A stretch of DNA of 63,146 bases, the filler included, from Reticulomyxa filosa (taxonomy: Eukaryota > Protista > Foraminifera): NCBI GenBank assembly GCA_000512085.1. It is 13 parts of 13 records of this genome, joined end to end, with 100 filler letters (N's around TTAATTAATTAA, not from the genome) between each part and the next. Parts side by side here need not be neighbours in the genome. Positions count along the whole stretch, not along the records: positions 22,205 to 48,442 come from ASPP01020097.1; positions 48,543 to 54,505 come from ASPP01020167.1; 11 more parts are not named here. One strand, given 5' to 3'. The translations under genes and the position numbers were made by a program. Positions 35,988 through 49,710 of the stretch are shown here, in pieces. Below the pieces are notes generated by a model. It searched no databases, was not told the DNA's origin, and saw nothing but the letters and a program-made list of their open reading frames with translations. The stretch's first letter is position 1. Each line of letters starts with the position of its first letter.

Positions 35988-37115
35988 TTACTGTTTGGGT
36001 TTTTTGCCTTGCTTTTTTGATTGTTGTGCGGTTGCTTGTGGTTGTTTTTTTCCTTGATCCGCTGATTGTGTTTGTTTGGTCTGTTGTTTCTTTTCAGCTC
36101 CTTTCTTTCCACTGCCCTTTTGTTGGCCTTTTTTTCTCAGGTCCTTTTGATGCAGTCTTTGTTTTTTGAGTGGTTTTCTTTTGTTCCAGAGCATCTTTTT
36201 TTTCTTGAACACGTTTGTGTGTTCCTGCCAACTTTTCAAAGTATTCTTTGCGTTTTTGGAAGGAGCGTCTGCGGCGGTTTATCACACGTTTTTCCATTGC
36301 TCTGCGTCGATGTTTAATTGTTGGGGTAATCAAGCGCTGTTCACAATAGTTTTTTAAAATTATTATTATTTTTTTTGTAAACACCACACTCACGGGGTTG
36401 CGCATGTCTTTTGTCACTTAACTTGAATTTTTGGTTTTTTAACGCGAATTTTGCCACTTGCAGCTTTATATTTTCTACGGACAATGTAATCTCGGACATC
36501 GTCACTTTTCGTCAAATTGAACATTTTTTTGATTTTGTCCACACGTTTAGGACCCAATCGGCGAGCAACCTCAGTATCTGTTAAACCTGCTATTGGTTGT
36601 TCTCCACGTTTCACAATTATAAGTGACAACACTGCTATATCAGAAGCGACAATGCACCCTCGAACAGCTTTTCTTTTTGGTTCTCCTTTCTTTTTGGATA
36701 ATAGCAAGGCATGCCTATTAAGGAGAAGGGGAAAGAGGGAGGGAAAAAAAAGTGGTCATAGGTCGGGCGAGATTGCGCAACACTTCACACCCTGAACATC
36801 ATACCTCGTCTCAACAATAATCGCACACGACGGTTGACCAAAACACCTTGTCTCATTGGAAAGCCATCTTTGTCATTTCCACCGGTAATTTTGAAAACAT
36901 AGCCTTTGAATTCATCTCCCAAAGCATCAGCAGGGACTTCTTCGGCCATTCGTCTTTCCATGAAAACACGTAATTTGTTCTCATCTTCAATTTCAATCTT
37001 TTTTTGAGCGCCTGTGGCTGGGTTAGCAATGTTGAGCTATTGTTCCACGACAAACCATATGACAACAACAGAAAAGCTAGAAAGAGAGGACATATTATTC
37101 TTTACAGACCTTCAT
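35988..37115 (-). CDS. RPS6: 40S ribosomal protein S6 (eS6), 4 exons, with K/Q-rich C-terminal extension
   Basis: MK|[57 protein letters not shown]|RLITP. Single-base shifts occur in the homopolymers near 36693 and probably 36132. Confidence 0.97.
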
Positions 37116-37506
37116 TGTTCTTGTTCGAAGAAGAAATGCGAGTTACAAATACCCTTTTTTTCGTTTGCGTCCTTTTTGAAAAGGCCATTCGTTTTTTTAA
37201 AGGAAAACTCTAGACACTGGTTTTGGTGAGAATACGTAATCCTGGAGATGAAAAAAATAAATTTAAGGTAGCACAAAAACAAACTCACATGAGAAAGTCA
37301 GAAATATAGTCCAATGACATAACATTCATTGTAAACTAGAACTTAGGAATTACACAATATTGTGCAATCTGTTCATTTTGTCTGCTTGAAACAAGGACAT
37401 AAGCAGTAGACAAACGTATTACATTATCTCAAGTTGGAAAAATAAAAACACTCCGAGAAAGGATAAAAGAGGTGATGACATGAGGATACGAGGGGAGAGA
37501 TGAATA

Positions 37507-40500
37507 TTACGAGGTAGATTCATGTTGCAATAACGGAGCAACTTCGGCCAAAATTGCCCAGCTTTCTGTCCACACGTCTTCTCCAGAAACTTGACTGGAC
37601 TGCTCCATTACCTCGTTTGATTTTACTAACAAAATTAAATCTTTGAGCCATTCCATGCAACGGATTAAGATGGCTTCGTTGCTGCAATTCAACAGAAATT
37701 CTTTCATGCATTTCAAGAAATGATACCAAAATTTGTCAAAGTGTTTCGCATGGGCTAGCGTATCCAATTTGCTGTCAAATATATAAACTATAATTTCCAA
37801 CAGCGAGGTTCTCAAATCAACTGTTGACACACAAAACATTTCGCAATTTACAATAATTGCACCAAGATTGCACATTACAAAAAACACTTTGAAATGAAAC
37901 GTATACAACATATAATGTAATTTGCAAAAAAAAAAAATAAATATTGTATATCATAGCAAACCATCTTTAGCTTCCAAAGTCTCTGACTTAAATTTGAGGT
38001 CATTGGCAAGAAAGAACCTGTGGCCTTCTTTTTCGGACAGTGGAACAAGTAACGGCAACAACACATACTCCAATACCTTTTTGAGATCTTCTCCAGACTC
38101 GAATTGACGAAGATTGGGAATTTCAACAGGTTGTGAAATGAGTGTGGCCTTTTCACATTATATACATGTATGTATATATTGGCATTTGAAAATATCGTTA
38201 GCAAACGTATACGTAAAACAACACAAAACAAAAAAACAAGCTGTTAACATGTAAACAATCAAGAGCATATTTCCGCGTATGAAAATCAGCATGTATAGCG
38301 AATTTGGCAATGGTAAAAATAGCCTTATACCACAATGAATGTAATTTTTGCAAAGGCAGTCGAGACATGTTTGGAATATCGTTGTGCAAAGTGAGAATGA
38401 TATTAATGATACGATTGCAAGCGACCGCATCATCGAAATGATTAGCGGCAAAGGACGATAGGACATCTAGCAAAACAGCAAAGTTGACCTCAGTGGTATA
38501 CTCTTTGAGAATGGTTTCAACTAATTGAAATGCCTCCAGATAGCATTCTTTGTCGTATTTGCAATCAGCGAATCTTTGTAGCAACTGGAGGACAACCGTC
38601 CAATCATCCTCACTAACAATACATCGAAACGATGTTGGTTTCGTTTGGACATTGGATGATGACTTGAGGTCCTTGGGAGACTGTTCCTTTTGATCGGTGG
38701 TAGATACACGTGTGTGTTCCTCGTGTTCATCGACACCGGACAAGTGTTCCGCAGATAGTAACAGCACGAGACCAGCCACAACGCGTCGACCCACAGCAAA
38801 CAACAGATGGTCATCCAAGCATCCAATCAAGTGTAGAAATGTGACGGCCTTATTTCGGATGGTGGCATCAGGTATGTCCGACAGACAAGAGCACAGCTTC
38901 ATGACATGCACGACAACCCTTTCAAAGAAAAAGTCTGGCTCCACGTGATGGACAAATGGTTCATCCACATCATCATTGCCAATGTTGTCGATATACTTAC
39001 ATTGATAACTTTGGAGTAGGTTTTGATAATGTTCGGAGACAGGCGTCCAAATTTGTGGAAGTCGATCTAAGTTGGCCACAACCACCTGTCCTAATCTCTC
39101 CAAACAAAAGATCTTCATGTCCAATGACAAAGGCAAGCAAATGACGTCTTTGTCCACATACGGCCCATGTTCGTTGTCCTTGTCGATATTCGAAGCAGAC
39201 CGATCTGTTTCTTCACTGCTGCTGGAAGTATATCTCGGCTTGACTGGAAAAGGATCCAAGGACGTCAAGACTTGTGTGGCTGCAAATGGCGAGGATAGAT
39301 CCGTGGAGACATTAGCCTTGCTGCCCTTTGTCGTGGTTGCCAAGCCGTTTTGTTGTCGCAGGACAGGGACGTGTTGCAGCGAGTTGGAGGACAACGTCAC
39401 CAATGTTCGCACCAGAGGCAATAGCACGTGCAAGTGATAGAACTTGGCATTGCTAAACGCCTTGGACAAGTCACACTTGGCTACTTGATCAGTTATGATC
39501 TCTGAAGAAAGATCACGAAGGTCTTGTCCCCACGGCAGCGCATCGATTTCATTAGCCAGGGCAGCTTGTTTTTGTTGTGTAGGATATGTATGTGTGTGTT
39601 TTTGTGTACTTGATTTTTTTGACCGTTTGGGAACATTGATCATTTCCTCATTGCTATTGCTATTGCTATTGCTATTGCTATTGCCATTATTATTACTACT
39701 GGTATGTACTGTGGACGTTTTCAAAAAGTCGTGCTGGTATGCAGACATAGCCGCAGTGCTAAGGACATACTCTTCCTTGGTTGCCACCGAAAATAAGGCA
39801 TTCCAAGCCAATGAAAACCAACTGGTCCACGCATCTGTGGAACTCTTGTTGTCATCACTTTTTACCGACTGATGTCGAATTGAAGGGAAAGGCTCAAACT
39901 TGCTATCAGTGAAATCGTCCATTTTAAACAAATGCGACGGCATCACGTTCAACTCCAACAACCACAATACAACCTTCATCACCGACGACCATCCATCAGT
40001 CAACAACATTCCCCCATGACTATGAACCAGATCAAAGAATAGCTTCAATTCGAATACAATGTTCGACTCCACACACTTTTGAGTGGAAAAGGACAATGGA
40101 TTCCAAATGATCGCCGTCACAATGCTACCGTTGTTGCCACTTTGATTACTGCTACTGATGTTGCTGATGTTGCTGTTGTTGTTATTCTTGCGTGTTTTTT
40201 CCGCGAATTGCAAGAGATGGGCCATCAAGTTGTTACAAATGCTATGCACAATGGCATTGAAAGCACTTCGGATCTGATAACAATGAGCAATACGTGCCAA
40301 CGTCTTGAACCCTTGGGCAATCTTTTCCAGCACCTTGGAGTGTGGAGCACACTGCAAATGGAACTCCAAAATCTGTAAAGCCGGCTCCCATACGATATTA
40401 AACATTTCCATTCCATTGCTATGCAAGGCAATCGTCTTGAACTTGCCTCCAGTCTGTGCTTTTTTCAGCACGTGTTTCCATTCGCTTTTCTTGATGTCGT

Positions 40501-43500
40501 ATCCACTGTTATTTCTCGAGTGACTGGGCCTGTCTACAAAAAAGTCTTCATTGTCATAATGTTGTTGTTGTTGTTGTTGTTGTTGTGAAAGATTGGTGGA
40601 ATCAATGGAACTCTCACGGTCATTGGAATGATTTTTACTATCCTTCTCCTGGTCTTCTCCATCCACTACATCTCGACTGCCATTGTCCTTGTCAATAATG
40701 CTCCCTGGGAAACTGGACATGGAGCTAGAAGATCGAAGTGGCTCCACACTGTGTCCTTGATCGGCAATGGCCGAATAGTCGGCAGTCTCCAGATAAGGGT
40801 AAAACTGGTGGTCGGAGGTGAAAATGTCTCTGAAATCTCCGGTGCGGATTTTGATTTCGTTGGCGGTGATGGAATAGTAAATCTTTTCAATAAATGGAAT
40901 GGGAAAATCCTCTTTTGCATTCAGTCCCTTGAGATTGGCCTTGTAATTGTCCAAAGTCATTTTCGTTCGAATTTGTGTGTTATGCGCGTCGGTATTGAGT
41001 TGGATGATAGAGAAAGCCACCAAAAAAGCCGCGTCTTTGGTACGCAGTGGACTATCTTTGGGTTGCTGCTCAAAGTACTTTTCGCTAAACACTTCGATGA
41101 TTCGCGACACCTCTTGGGCCTCGCCGCGCAACACAAAGGATTCCAAAAACATGCGCAACGACTCGTCGATCGACAAGTCATGAAAGTCAAACTTGGCCAC
41201 GTAGTGCTTGAGGACCTCTTGATGAAAGCTCTTGCTGCTTCCTAAAAATGATCCAATCTGCACTTTGTCCAAATACGGGTTGCCGTGAAAAAATTCGCTG
41301 ACATTTTCGGCGGACAGAGGGTCTTGCAACACACCAATTTGTTGTAAGTATTCAAACGAGTGGTGACCTTTGTCGTTGAAATGCTTCGCCGCCAATTTCA
41401 TTCGCCTTTTTTTTGTTGTTGGCGACGGATCTCTTCGATTTCGCTATCCAATTCTCGTTTCGATTCGGTCGAGTCATTTAATAAGTACTCTTTTACTTCT
41501 TTTTCATCGTTATCATCATCGTCATTATTATCATTATTATTATTATTATCATTATTATTATTATTGTTATTGTTATTGTTATTGTTATTGCTATTGCTAT
41601 TGCTATTGCTATTGATATTATTATCTTCTTTTTCTTCTTCCAATGGGGGTAACACGATATCAGCACTGTTATGCTGTGGAGTGGAAAGGACACGTTGCCG
41701 GTTGCTCGGCTTGAGACGCGCAGACTTGCCTGCGGACCACAGCGAATTGCGTGTGCAAAACTTGCGACCGATGCAATCGATAACAGCCAAGATGCCCTCC
41801 ATCGCGATGAAATTGAGTTCAGTCAGCACATTTGTGGCATTGGCATTGAGATTGGTGCTGGAGTGTCTGCGATGGTGTGAGGTGGACGAAAGGGGCTGGG
41901 ATGATGATGATGATGATGATGAAGAAGAAGAAGAATTATATACGTCCACAGGCATGGCTTGCAACGCCAGGAACTTGCACAAGTCTTCAAACAAATGAGT
42001 GCATCCGACTTGACAGTCATAATTTGTGTAAAGTCCCACGATCAAGTCCGGCTCTCTGCAAAACTCGACGATGCTTTCCAAAACCAACTCCTTTTGTTCG
42101 AAAGATGATTGATTGGACTCTGCGATTCGCAAGTGCACGCTAATGAAAAAGACCTCCAGCTGCACTCGGATGACTTCCTTCACCGCATTGAACAAGTCAA
42201 AGATGATGCGCAGCGTCAGCGACAAAATTCCAAAGTGTTGACTTTGCGAGTTGGTTAGCAAGTGGCGACACAGGTCGTCTTGGATGATCATGATCAGCTC
42301 GCTGTGCTTATTCAAAAAACGCCCACTCGTTTCCAACGCCACGTTAATGAGTCGCAGTCCAAACTCGCGCACGTTGGGCGTATTTTCGGCAATGTTCGGG
42401 TTGATCAGATGTGTCAAGTAACGGAATATCCGGACCATTGCTTTCACTCCAAATGGACGACCGAGCTTGCTCAGTCCATTGCCTGTGCTCGTATACGACT
42501 GGGAGTGCAATAGTGACCATGGCTCCATCATTTCCGCACTGTCTGTCGAGGATACTTGTCGATCGTTATTTGTTTCATTGTTGTCATTCACTTTTGTCGT
42601 CAATGGCCTTTGGCTCGATGAACTCTCTTTCCACCATTTGTCTTGCAACGAATAGTGCATCATCCTTTGCATTCGTTGTCTGTGTCCAAAGGGTTGGATC
42701 ATGCCACTCGTATTGTAATATCTCATCCATCGATTCTCACTTTCCATAGCCACAGGGTCACTTATCTTTTTCTTATTCATCGCTGTCATTGTGGTTGTCC
42801 AATGGACGCCATCATGTGCTGATTCGTGTTTTGGCTTGGCCTTGCTTTTATTCACATTTGCATCTGCATTTACATTTACATTTACATTTGCATTTACATT
42901 TGCATTTGCATTTGCATTTGCATTTGCATTCGCACTTGCTTGTATCAATGACTGACAATTTGCATTCCAAATATCCTCATCCACTAATTCGCTAAATATC
43001 AACAAGATCATTTGAATCAATGTGTTCTCGATATATCGCACCATCAACAAACTGTTGTTATCAGAGTAATACGTGCGCATCTCAAACACGTGCTGAATTA
43101 TCTTACACACGTCATCGTCGGATAACATATATCCCGCGGGTGATCGTAGTGTTTCTAACAACACTTCCATTTTTCGGATTGACACCAGCTCTTCTTCACT
43201 GCGAAAATTTCCTGTGTCATTCAAAAACATGCTCTGGTCTAGTGTTTCATTTGCAACAATTAAATTCAAAGGAGAACAATAATAAATACAATACATTTAT
43301 ATTAGAGAGGGAACACGAAAGAGAACACAAATTATATTAAAATGTGCGTCGGATGTACATGTTATTATATAAAGCTTACAAACTGTCGAACTTGGCATGA
43401 ATAACGGCTTCTAAAATCTGATGAAGCGCCTGACAGATATTTGGAGACTCCTCGTCTAACAGAGAATATAATAGAAATTTGTGGATTGCTGAAAGTGTCA

Positions 43501-43777
43501 CGTTCATCACATCGACGGCTTTCACTTCTGATTCAATTAAATTTATAAATGGCTTTAACAACATACATGTGTCAATGTCTTTTAATGAACTTTGCAGTGC
43601 TAAATATCCATGCAGTTCTTTAAATGATACTATCAATTCATTTCGTAAATGCTCCAATTTTTCATCTACTCCTGTAAAGTCGAATAATCCCAGGCCTTTT
43701 GAACGGGACCTTCCCGTCACTCGTAGGATCGCTAAGACATTATGAATTTCTCCTTTCACACAATTCAGACCATTCAT
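37507..43777 (-). CDS. GBF1: Large Sec7 ARF-GEF of GBF1/GNOM type, spliced; one homopolymer frameshift near 41410
   Basis: GEIHNVL N-terminus, L.PF..I DCB region, IQDDLC..L, YTNYDCQ (HUS box), Sec7 FVLRGEAQEVSRIIEVF and AFSIIQLNTDAHN. Confidence 0.92.
42855..42935. repeat. Coding hexanucleotide microsatellite (GCATTT/ACATTT)n giving an (AN/VN)n insert in GBF1
   Basis: Direct tandem repeat inside the ORF. Confidence 0.85.
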
Positions 43778-44719
43778 TGATGCTACCCTTAGTGTGTTTT
43801 ACTTAGCTTCTATCCTATCAATTAACCAATGCTCGAGAAAAGATTTTTATTCAATATTCCAGATAAAAAAATAACGCAATCAAAAATTCTGACGGACAAC
43901 CTTGAATAACAAGGCCGACTTTACACCTGAAAAAATATCAATTTTCTGCAAAGTTCCTTTGTTGGTTTTTTCTATTTTTTCCTACTTTGTAGTTCATAAG
44001 CTTTGAGCACTTGTATTTGAAAGGATACATAAGTTGTGAATTTTGTTTTAAATATTGAACTATCTTTTAAATAATTTAAGATAGTACGATAAGAATAACA
44101 TTTAAAGGACACGAATATGGACAAAAACCAAGCACACTTAAATACTGAAGTACTTGCTATATTTTTAAAAAGACGTTTTTTAATTGAGAAAATAATTACA
44201 TTTTAGTTTTAAATTTCATTTTTACATATATGTCGAGTGTCTAAAACAATTTCAACTGGACCAAAGTGTCAAAAAAATTGCGACGTACAAGTTAGCACTT
44301 TATTTCATTTGATCATTTGATAAATTTTATTGCTAAAATTCGATGGACAATGATAATAGCGTGCATTGTAAGCATACAATTTTTTAGCAAATGACGAAAC
44401 TTGATTTAATATATACACTTATACATTATGTTCTCAGCATATTTGGCGAATTTCATTGGTTTTCAGTTAAATTTCAATTATTTAGTTTTTCCATTATTTC
44501 AACAGCTTTCATTAATAGAATACAGTAAATATTCCATCAATATTTAAATTAAAATTTTAATATTTCTCTGTCCAGTGTTTCATTATCGCTTGATTCAATC
44601 CAAATCCTGATGATATTTTTCACTATTTAGTACTACAGCATATTATCTGACATTGTTAAGTACATATTAATTCGTATGACAAATGCTCTATCTCTTTTTA
44701 AGTTTGAAACAGTAAGGAA

Positions 44720-45070
44720 ATGGTTTAGCAAATTAGTGCATCTTCTTCAGCAAGCTTGCTCGATTTTTCTAATGTAGAAAGATGAAAGATTTTAAAATTT
44801 CGATTAAAAAATTGTGTTAAGTTTTTGGACAAAAAGACCAAGCAAGTTCAAGAAGGTGCTCGATTCAATAAACGCCGAAAGAAAGGAGCCTTAACATGAT
44901 GGGTGCTGGCAAGATTTGGTCGTTTGTATTGGAAAGAATGAGTGACAGACAAAAACAATAAGAGTTATTCCTTCAATTTAACCAAAATTAAGCAAGTCTT
45001 GGCCGGAAAAGTGACACGTGCGTTACAAGAAGCAAAAGATGCTCATGATATAGCGGAAGTTGCAAATTAA
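44720..45070 (+). pseudogene. PH-domain-like pseudogene with in-frame stops
   Basis: One frame reads ..KQVQEGARFNKRRKKGALT*WVLARFGRLYWKE*VTDKNNKSYSFNLTKIKQVLAGKVTRAL, a PLC-type PH pattern (G..F.K, LYWK, I..V..GK.T). Confidence 0.55.
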
Positions 45071-46294
45071 TGGGTCAACCACCCAAAAGGGTATGTTCGA
45101 CATTACGAACGACAAGATGGAAAAGAGGGAGGACGAGAAAAAAGCAAGCAGCGACCACAAACATGTGCAACAGATGATGACACAGAAGAGGATTAAACAA
45201 ATCCATTATCTTTCTGTTTATTTGTTGATTTGTCTTTTTCACCGTTGTGAAGATTTGTTTTTTTGACCATTGTACGTTGTCGAAATATATTGTGGACTGT
45301 TACTTCTGAATAAATCATCAGATTAAGGTCAAAATGAATGCACTTTTATTTTTTCATTATCTCCATTAAAAAAAATAAGCACAAAAATCTTGTAATAATA
45401 GTATTTTTAATTTGGAAAAAAAAATAATCTGATCAGACCAAAACTGGATGTCCTCCAGGCCTCCACCAGCGGCCAGACAGTGACCAGGTAATGCATACAA
45501 TTCATGAATCACAATTCTTTTTTTCAATTGTTCAGTTTTTTTTTGCAAAAAAAGGCAGTTAAAGTATTCTGTCACGCTTACATTCATTTGCTTATTATCT
45601 TGAATTTTTCCAAAGAAATTGTTTAAATATATATTTCTTGTGTACCACTTTGCCTGTATTCTTGACTGAGGACACAATCATTCGTTTAAAAATATTGACG
45701 AAACTTGAATATTTGCAATGAAAGTATATTCAACTAAAAATTGATTACTAAAAATTTAAATAAAATTATTAAAGAATGTTTCAAATTTTCTTTTCACAAG
45801 TATTAAATGTGTTTTAAACACAAAACTTTTGAGCAGACTGAAGAATGCTTGCTGTATTATTCACATATTTATTTATCTACGCAATTCGTGACAAAGTGAA
45901 ACTTTATCGTATGAAATTGAAGCTATTCAACAAAACCTTTCTTAAGCATTTCTAGATATTGAACATGTTTTGGGGGACTTGTCTCGTTCCCTTTTCATTG
46001 TAGCAAAAAACTTACCTCTTTGTGAGGTTCTCAATAACATAACCACTTGAGTCCCGTTTTTTATTTGAAAATTTTGCAAATGCTTTGTAGGAAAAAAAAA
46101 AGCAGCAAAAGCTTCAGTCTCAAAAAACAGTAAACGTAAAACAAAAGTATCAAACTTACAAACAAGCACCCAATCAAAAAATCTTACCAGCAAAAAAAAA
46201 CGAATTGTGATAAAGATACCTGGTTAAGTATTATTTTGTTGTTGAGATACCTATTTCATAAGCAAATAAATTTATACTCGGTACACCAAAAAAT

Positions 46295-48435
46295 ATGTAT
46301 AAAGACCTCCGCTTGAAATGTCCTCGATGTCCAAAAGTATTTGGAAGTCAAAAGGAGGTCTGCAGGCATTTGAGGCTGCATCCCAATCCAAGACGATGCA
46401 CCTACTGTGATCATGTTGTTAAGTAATCAATAAACAACATATTTGTTCTCAAAAAGTAAACCTTTTGAACAAAACGACAGGCTATTACAGAACAAAATTT
46501 AATCAAACACGTACGTATTCATACTGGAGAAAGGCCTTACGCATGCCCAGAGCCTGGATGTGTATGGGCCTTCAAACAAAAGGGAGACTTGCTATCACAC
46601 ATCGAAAATGGGACTCATGGAGGAGTTAAGCTTTTGATGTTATTTTGATTGGTTTGAACTCTATTACAATTTCACTCAATCAATTTTTTTTCTTTCTATC
46701 CTTGCACAAGGTAAGGTATTTTTTCAAGGTGTTACTGTTCGATAAACTCTGTACAAAACATAGAAATCAAAGAATCACAAAAAACCTCCGAAGGAGAAGT
46801 TTTGTAATGGTATGACAAGCCTTCCAGAGATTATTTGTTCACAAGATGAAAGAGAGATTGAATCTGTATCAAGTGTCAGTGTAAGTGAAAAAATAGCTAC
46901 CTTTATTTAATGCTATGGCATTTCAATGTAAAAGATGCCTTGTGATTATTGAGAAACACAAAAATAAAAAAATAAAAAAAAGGATAGTACTCACAATGAT
47001 TCCCAAATGGACAAAAGAGTTAACAAAAATAAAAGAATCAAACGTCAGAGAAAACATATTGCTGAGAGCAGTGAAGAAATCTGGGAAGACACGATTCAAG
47101 AAACGGGTTGCACAAAAAAAAAAAGCAAAGAAGAGACTATTGACCAAGAATTTATCAAAACTACATTACCAATAGGAATTGAAGATGATAATACAAATTA
47201 TACGACTTTGAATGCGTCACTTAATTGTAATAAGAAAAAATCATCGTTATGTTATTTACTTTTTTTTTTTTTGTGTGTGCACATATAATTGACAGATCCT
47301 TACATTATGGAAAAAAATACAGATCGAGTTTCGCTTCTCAATTGTCTGCGCATTCTCATGAAATGGATGGCAATCATGAGAAAAGTCCTGTTGTCTGTAA
47401 TGTATCAATGAGTATCGATGATCAAATATTTGCCTGCAGTGCACCACAATGTGGCAATACTTTCACAACTGAAGCCAGATTAAAGAAACATTATGAATCG
47501 GAACATCCAACAGTTAGCATCTTTTCGTATTACACTTTGCTTATTTAAATGATTGTTGTAATGTATCGACTTGTAGGGTATCTACGAGTGTCCGTATTGC
47601 AAGAAATGTTTTAAAAAGCAGGCCACGACACTAAATCATTTGAAAGAAGTGCACGACGCAAATGAAAATTATATTCCAGGAAAATCATTTTCAGAATTAA
47701 ATCGCGTTGCTAATGTATGTTGTTTTTTGCAATCAAATTGGCCAATGCAGTTCATGTTCTCACACAGTTGGCGGATTCATGCTTGGATACCATAGATTCC
47801 ATTTTCGCTGCGGTCAAGGAGGCGCAAAGCAGCTGCACATATCGTTAACGTTAAATTTAAGTTGCCATCGGTACGTTTAATGCTTGTCTTTATACGTCAT
47901 TATATTGCCAACAGTGAAATGATATTTTTGTTAGATGTTTAAAAAAAAAAAAATGAAAATGGTATGTCAATGTGCTTTTAAAATATATGAACACGAGCCC
48001 TGCACTCCTTTATTCCCTTACGAGGCTGTGACGTCAACAATGGATGATAAACAAAGCAATTGCACGGAAAGATTGCAAAGTAGTGACGAAAAAATAGAAA
48101 GACCTAGAAAAAGACGAAGATTCAACAAATATCAGAAATCAAACAATATGATAGTCGAAAATATCAAATCTGAAAGTGAAATTCCGCCTCCTATTTTTGA
48201 CTTAACTCTAACAAAGTCAGTATTTCCCCAACATGTTATTCCTGCACAAGAAATGCATCCCCCAATCTTTTGGATCCAAACCAACAATATAATTCCAGAC
48301 AATATTTCGGCAACTTTACTGCCAAAAACTGTGTTCTCCACAGCTGCTGCATTTGAATGCTCCATCGATAATAAGCAAATCTTTGGCTGTATGCCAAGTG
48401 GATTGACTCTACAGCCAACTGTTGGTATGTTTTGA
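46295..48435 (+). CDS. C2H2 (Kruppel-type) zinc-finger transcription factor, spliced
   Basis: CPRC..F....V.RHLRLH, CTYC...[31 protein letters not shown], later [19 protein letters not shown] and [15 protein letters not shown]. The first fingers are absent from the ORF track. Confidence 0.88.
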
Positions 48436-48442
48436 AATATAT

Positions 48443-48542
48443 NNNNNNNNNNNNNNNNNNNNNNNNNNNNNNNNNNNNNNNNNNNNTTAATTAATTAANN
48501 NNNNNNNNNNNNNNNNNNNNNNNNNNNNNNNNNNNNNNNNNN
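48443..48542. other. Artificial contig linker
   Basis: N44-TTAATTAATTAA-N44. Confidence 0.99.
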
Positions 48543-48553
48543 TATATATAAAT

Positions 48554-48585
<32 letters not shown>

Positions 48586-49451
48586 TTATATATATAAATA
48601 TGTATATGTATATATTTATTTATTTATGTATTTATTTTATTTGAATGAATGACATAGTTTTCTCCGCTCCCTTGTTCGTTCTCTAAACTTGACTGGCCAT
48701 TTGCAACGTCGAAGAAAAGCGACCGACAGCGTTCACACTGTTTTGCATAAAGTTCAATCCCCAATTGGGGCCAAACACTATACGTACACACACATACACA
48801 TACAATACAGACAAATAGTTGAATCGGAATTTGTTCGCAGAATTTTTTTTACAAAACTCAAATCTCACAAAACATTGTTGAAAGACACGAACATAAAGAT
48901 AAAGATAAAGATATGCCAAACCAAACTCCCATATCCACCGTATCCACCGTATCCTCCATATGCTCCGTAGCCCCCCCCGTACGAACCATATCCTCCGCCA
49001 TACATGCTCCCGTATGGGTTGTACATGCTATTTTGGTACATGCCGAATGGCTGCACTGCTGTTTGGTAAGGGTCGCTACTCGGTGGCATGGCCACTGAGG
49101 TCTGCGCTGGGGTCACTCCTGTCGACAATGGCTGCAATTGATTTTGACTTTGACTTTGCGTTTGTGTGCTTGCTCCTGGAGTTATGTGAATCGTTGAATC
49201 TGCTGTTCCTGTGGATCCTCCACGGTTGATGTGCGGGTTATTCAGATGCTTGCTCACTGGTGGAGGTGCTTGCACTGCGTCAATTGCCAGTGACGATGTC
49301 TGACTCACATTGCTTGTTGCGTTTGTTTCCCAAGGCTTTGGTCGTGCTGTTACAGTTGTTTCCTAGTTGTAGCTTTGAGCTTTTTTTGTTTTGTTTTCCC
49401 TTCCTACTATCTCTTCCAGCAAACAATTGAGGAAAACTTACGTCGTGACAT
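48543..49451 (-). CDS. PEX13: Peroxin PEX13, 5' part, spliced
   Basis: Spliced start MSRP|RPKPWE, a YG-repeat region (YGGGYGSYGGGYG), then an amphipathic helix MQNSVNAVGRFSSTLQM. Confidence 0.82.
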
Positions 49452-49710
49452 AATACTTTATACTTTTATATTAAAAATCCAAAAAAAAATTATTCGGAAG
49501 GGAACACACCAAGTCTCGCTCTCAATCTGTTTGGGAAAAATCGTTGAACAAATTACTTTGTGGATGTTTTTTCTTTTATTTGAATTGAGAGCTGCCACTA
49601 ATTTTAAAAAAACGTATTGTGCTTACTGGAGGAACAACACATTGCCGAGTTTTTTTTGTTACGTCATCGAGCATTTGTTGTTTGAGATAAATTAAAAGAA
49701 AAAAGAAAAA

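Noticed and set aside
41398-41414. Programmed frameshifting in GBF1, RPS6 (36691-36695), lipase (~30320-30333) and the G-patch gene (~34530)
   Set aside because: All are single-base differences in A/T homopolymers, some in essential genes, which is the pattern of pyrosequencing error. Raw reads or cDNA would settle it.
40079-43340. Many + strand ORFs over GBF1
   Set aside because: Antisense shadows of a GC-richer coding region and of microsatellites
43800-46290. Transposon or RNA gene in the long intergenic stretch
   Set aside because: No terminal repeats, transposase or RT motifs, tRNA or rRNA features were recognisable by eye
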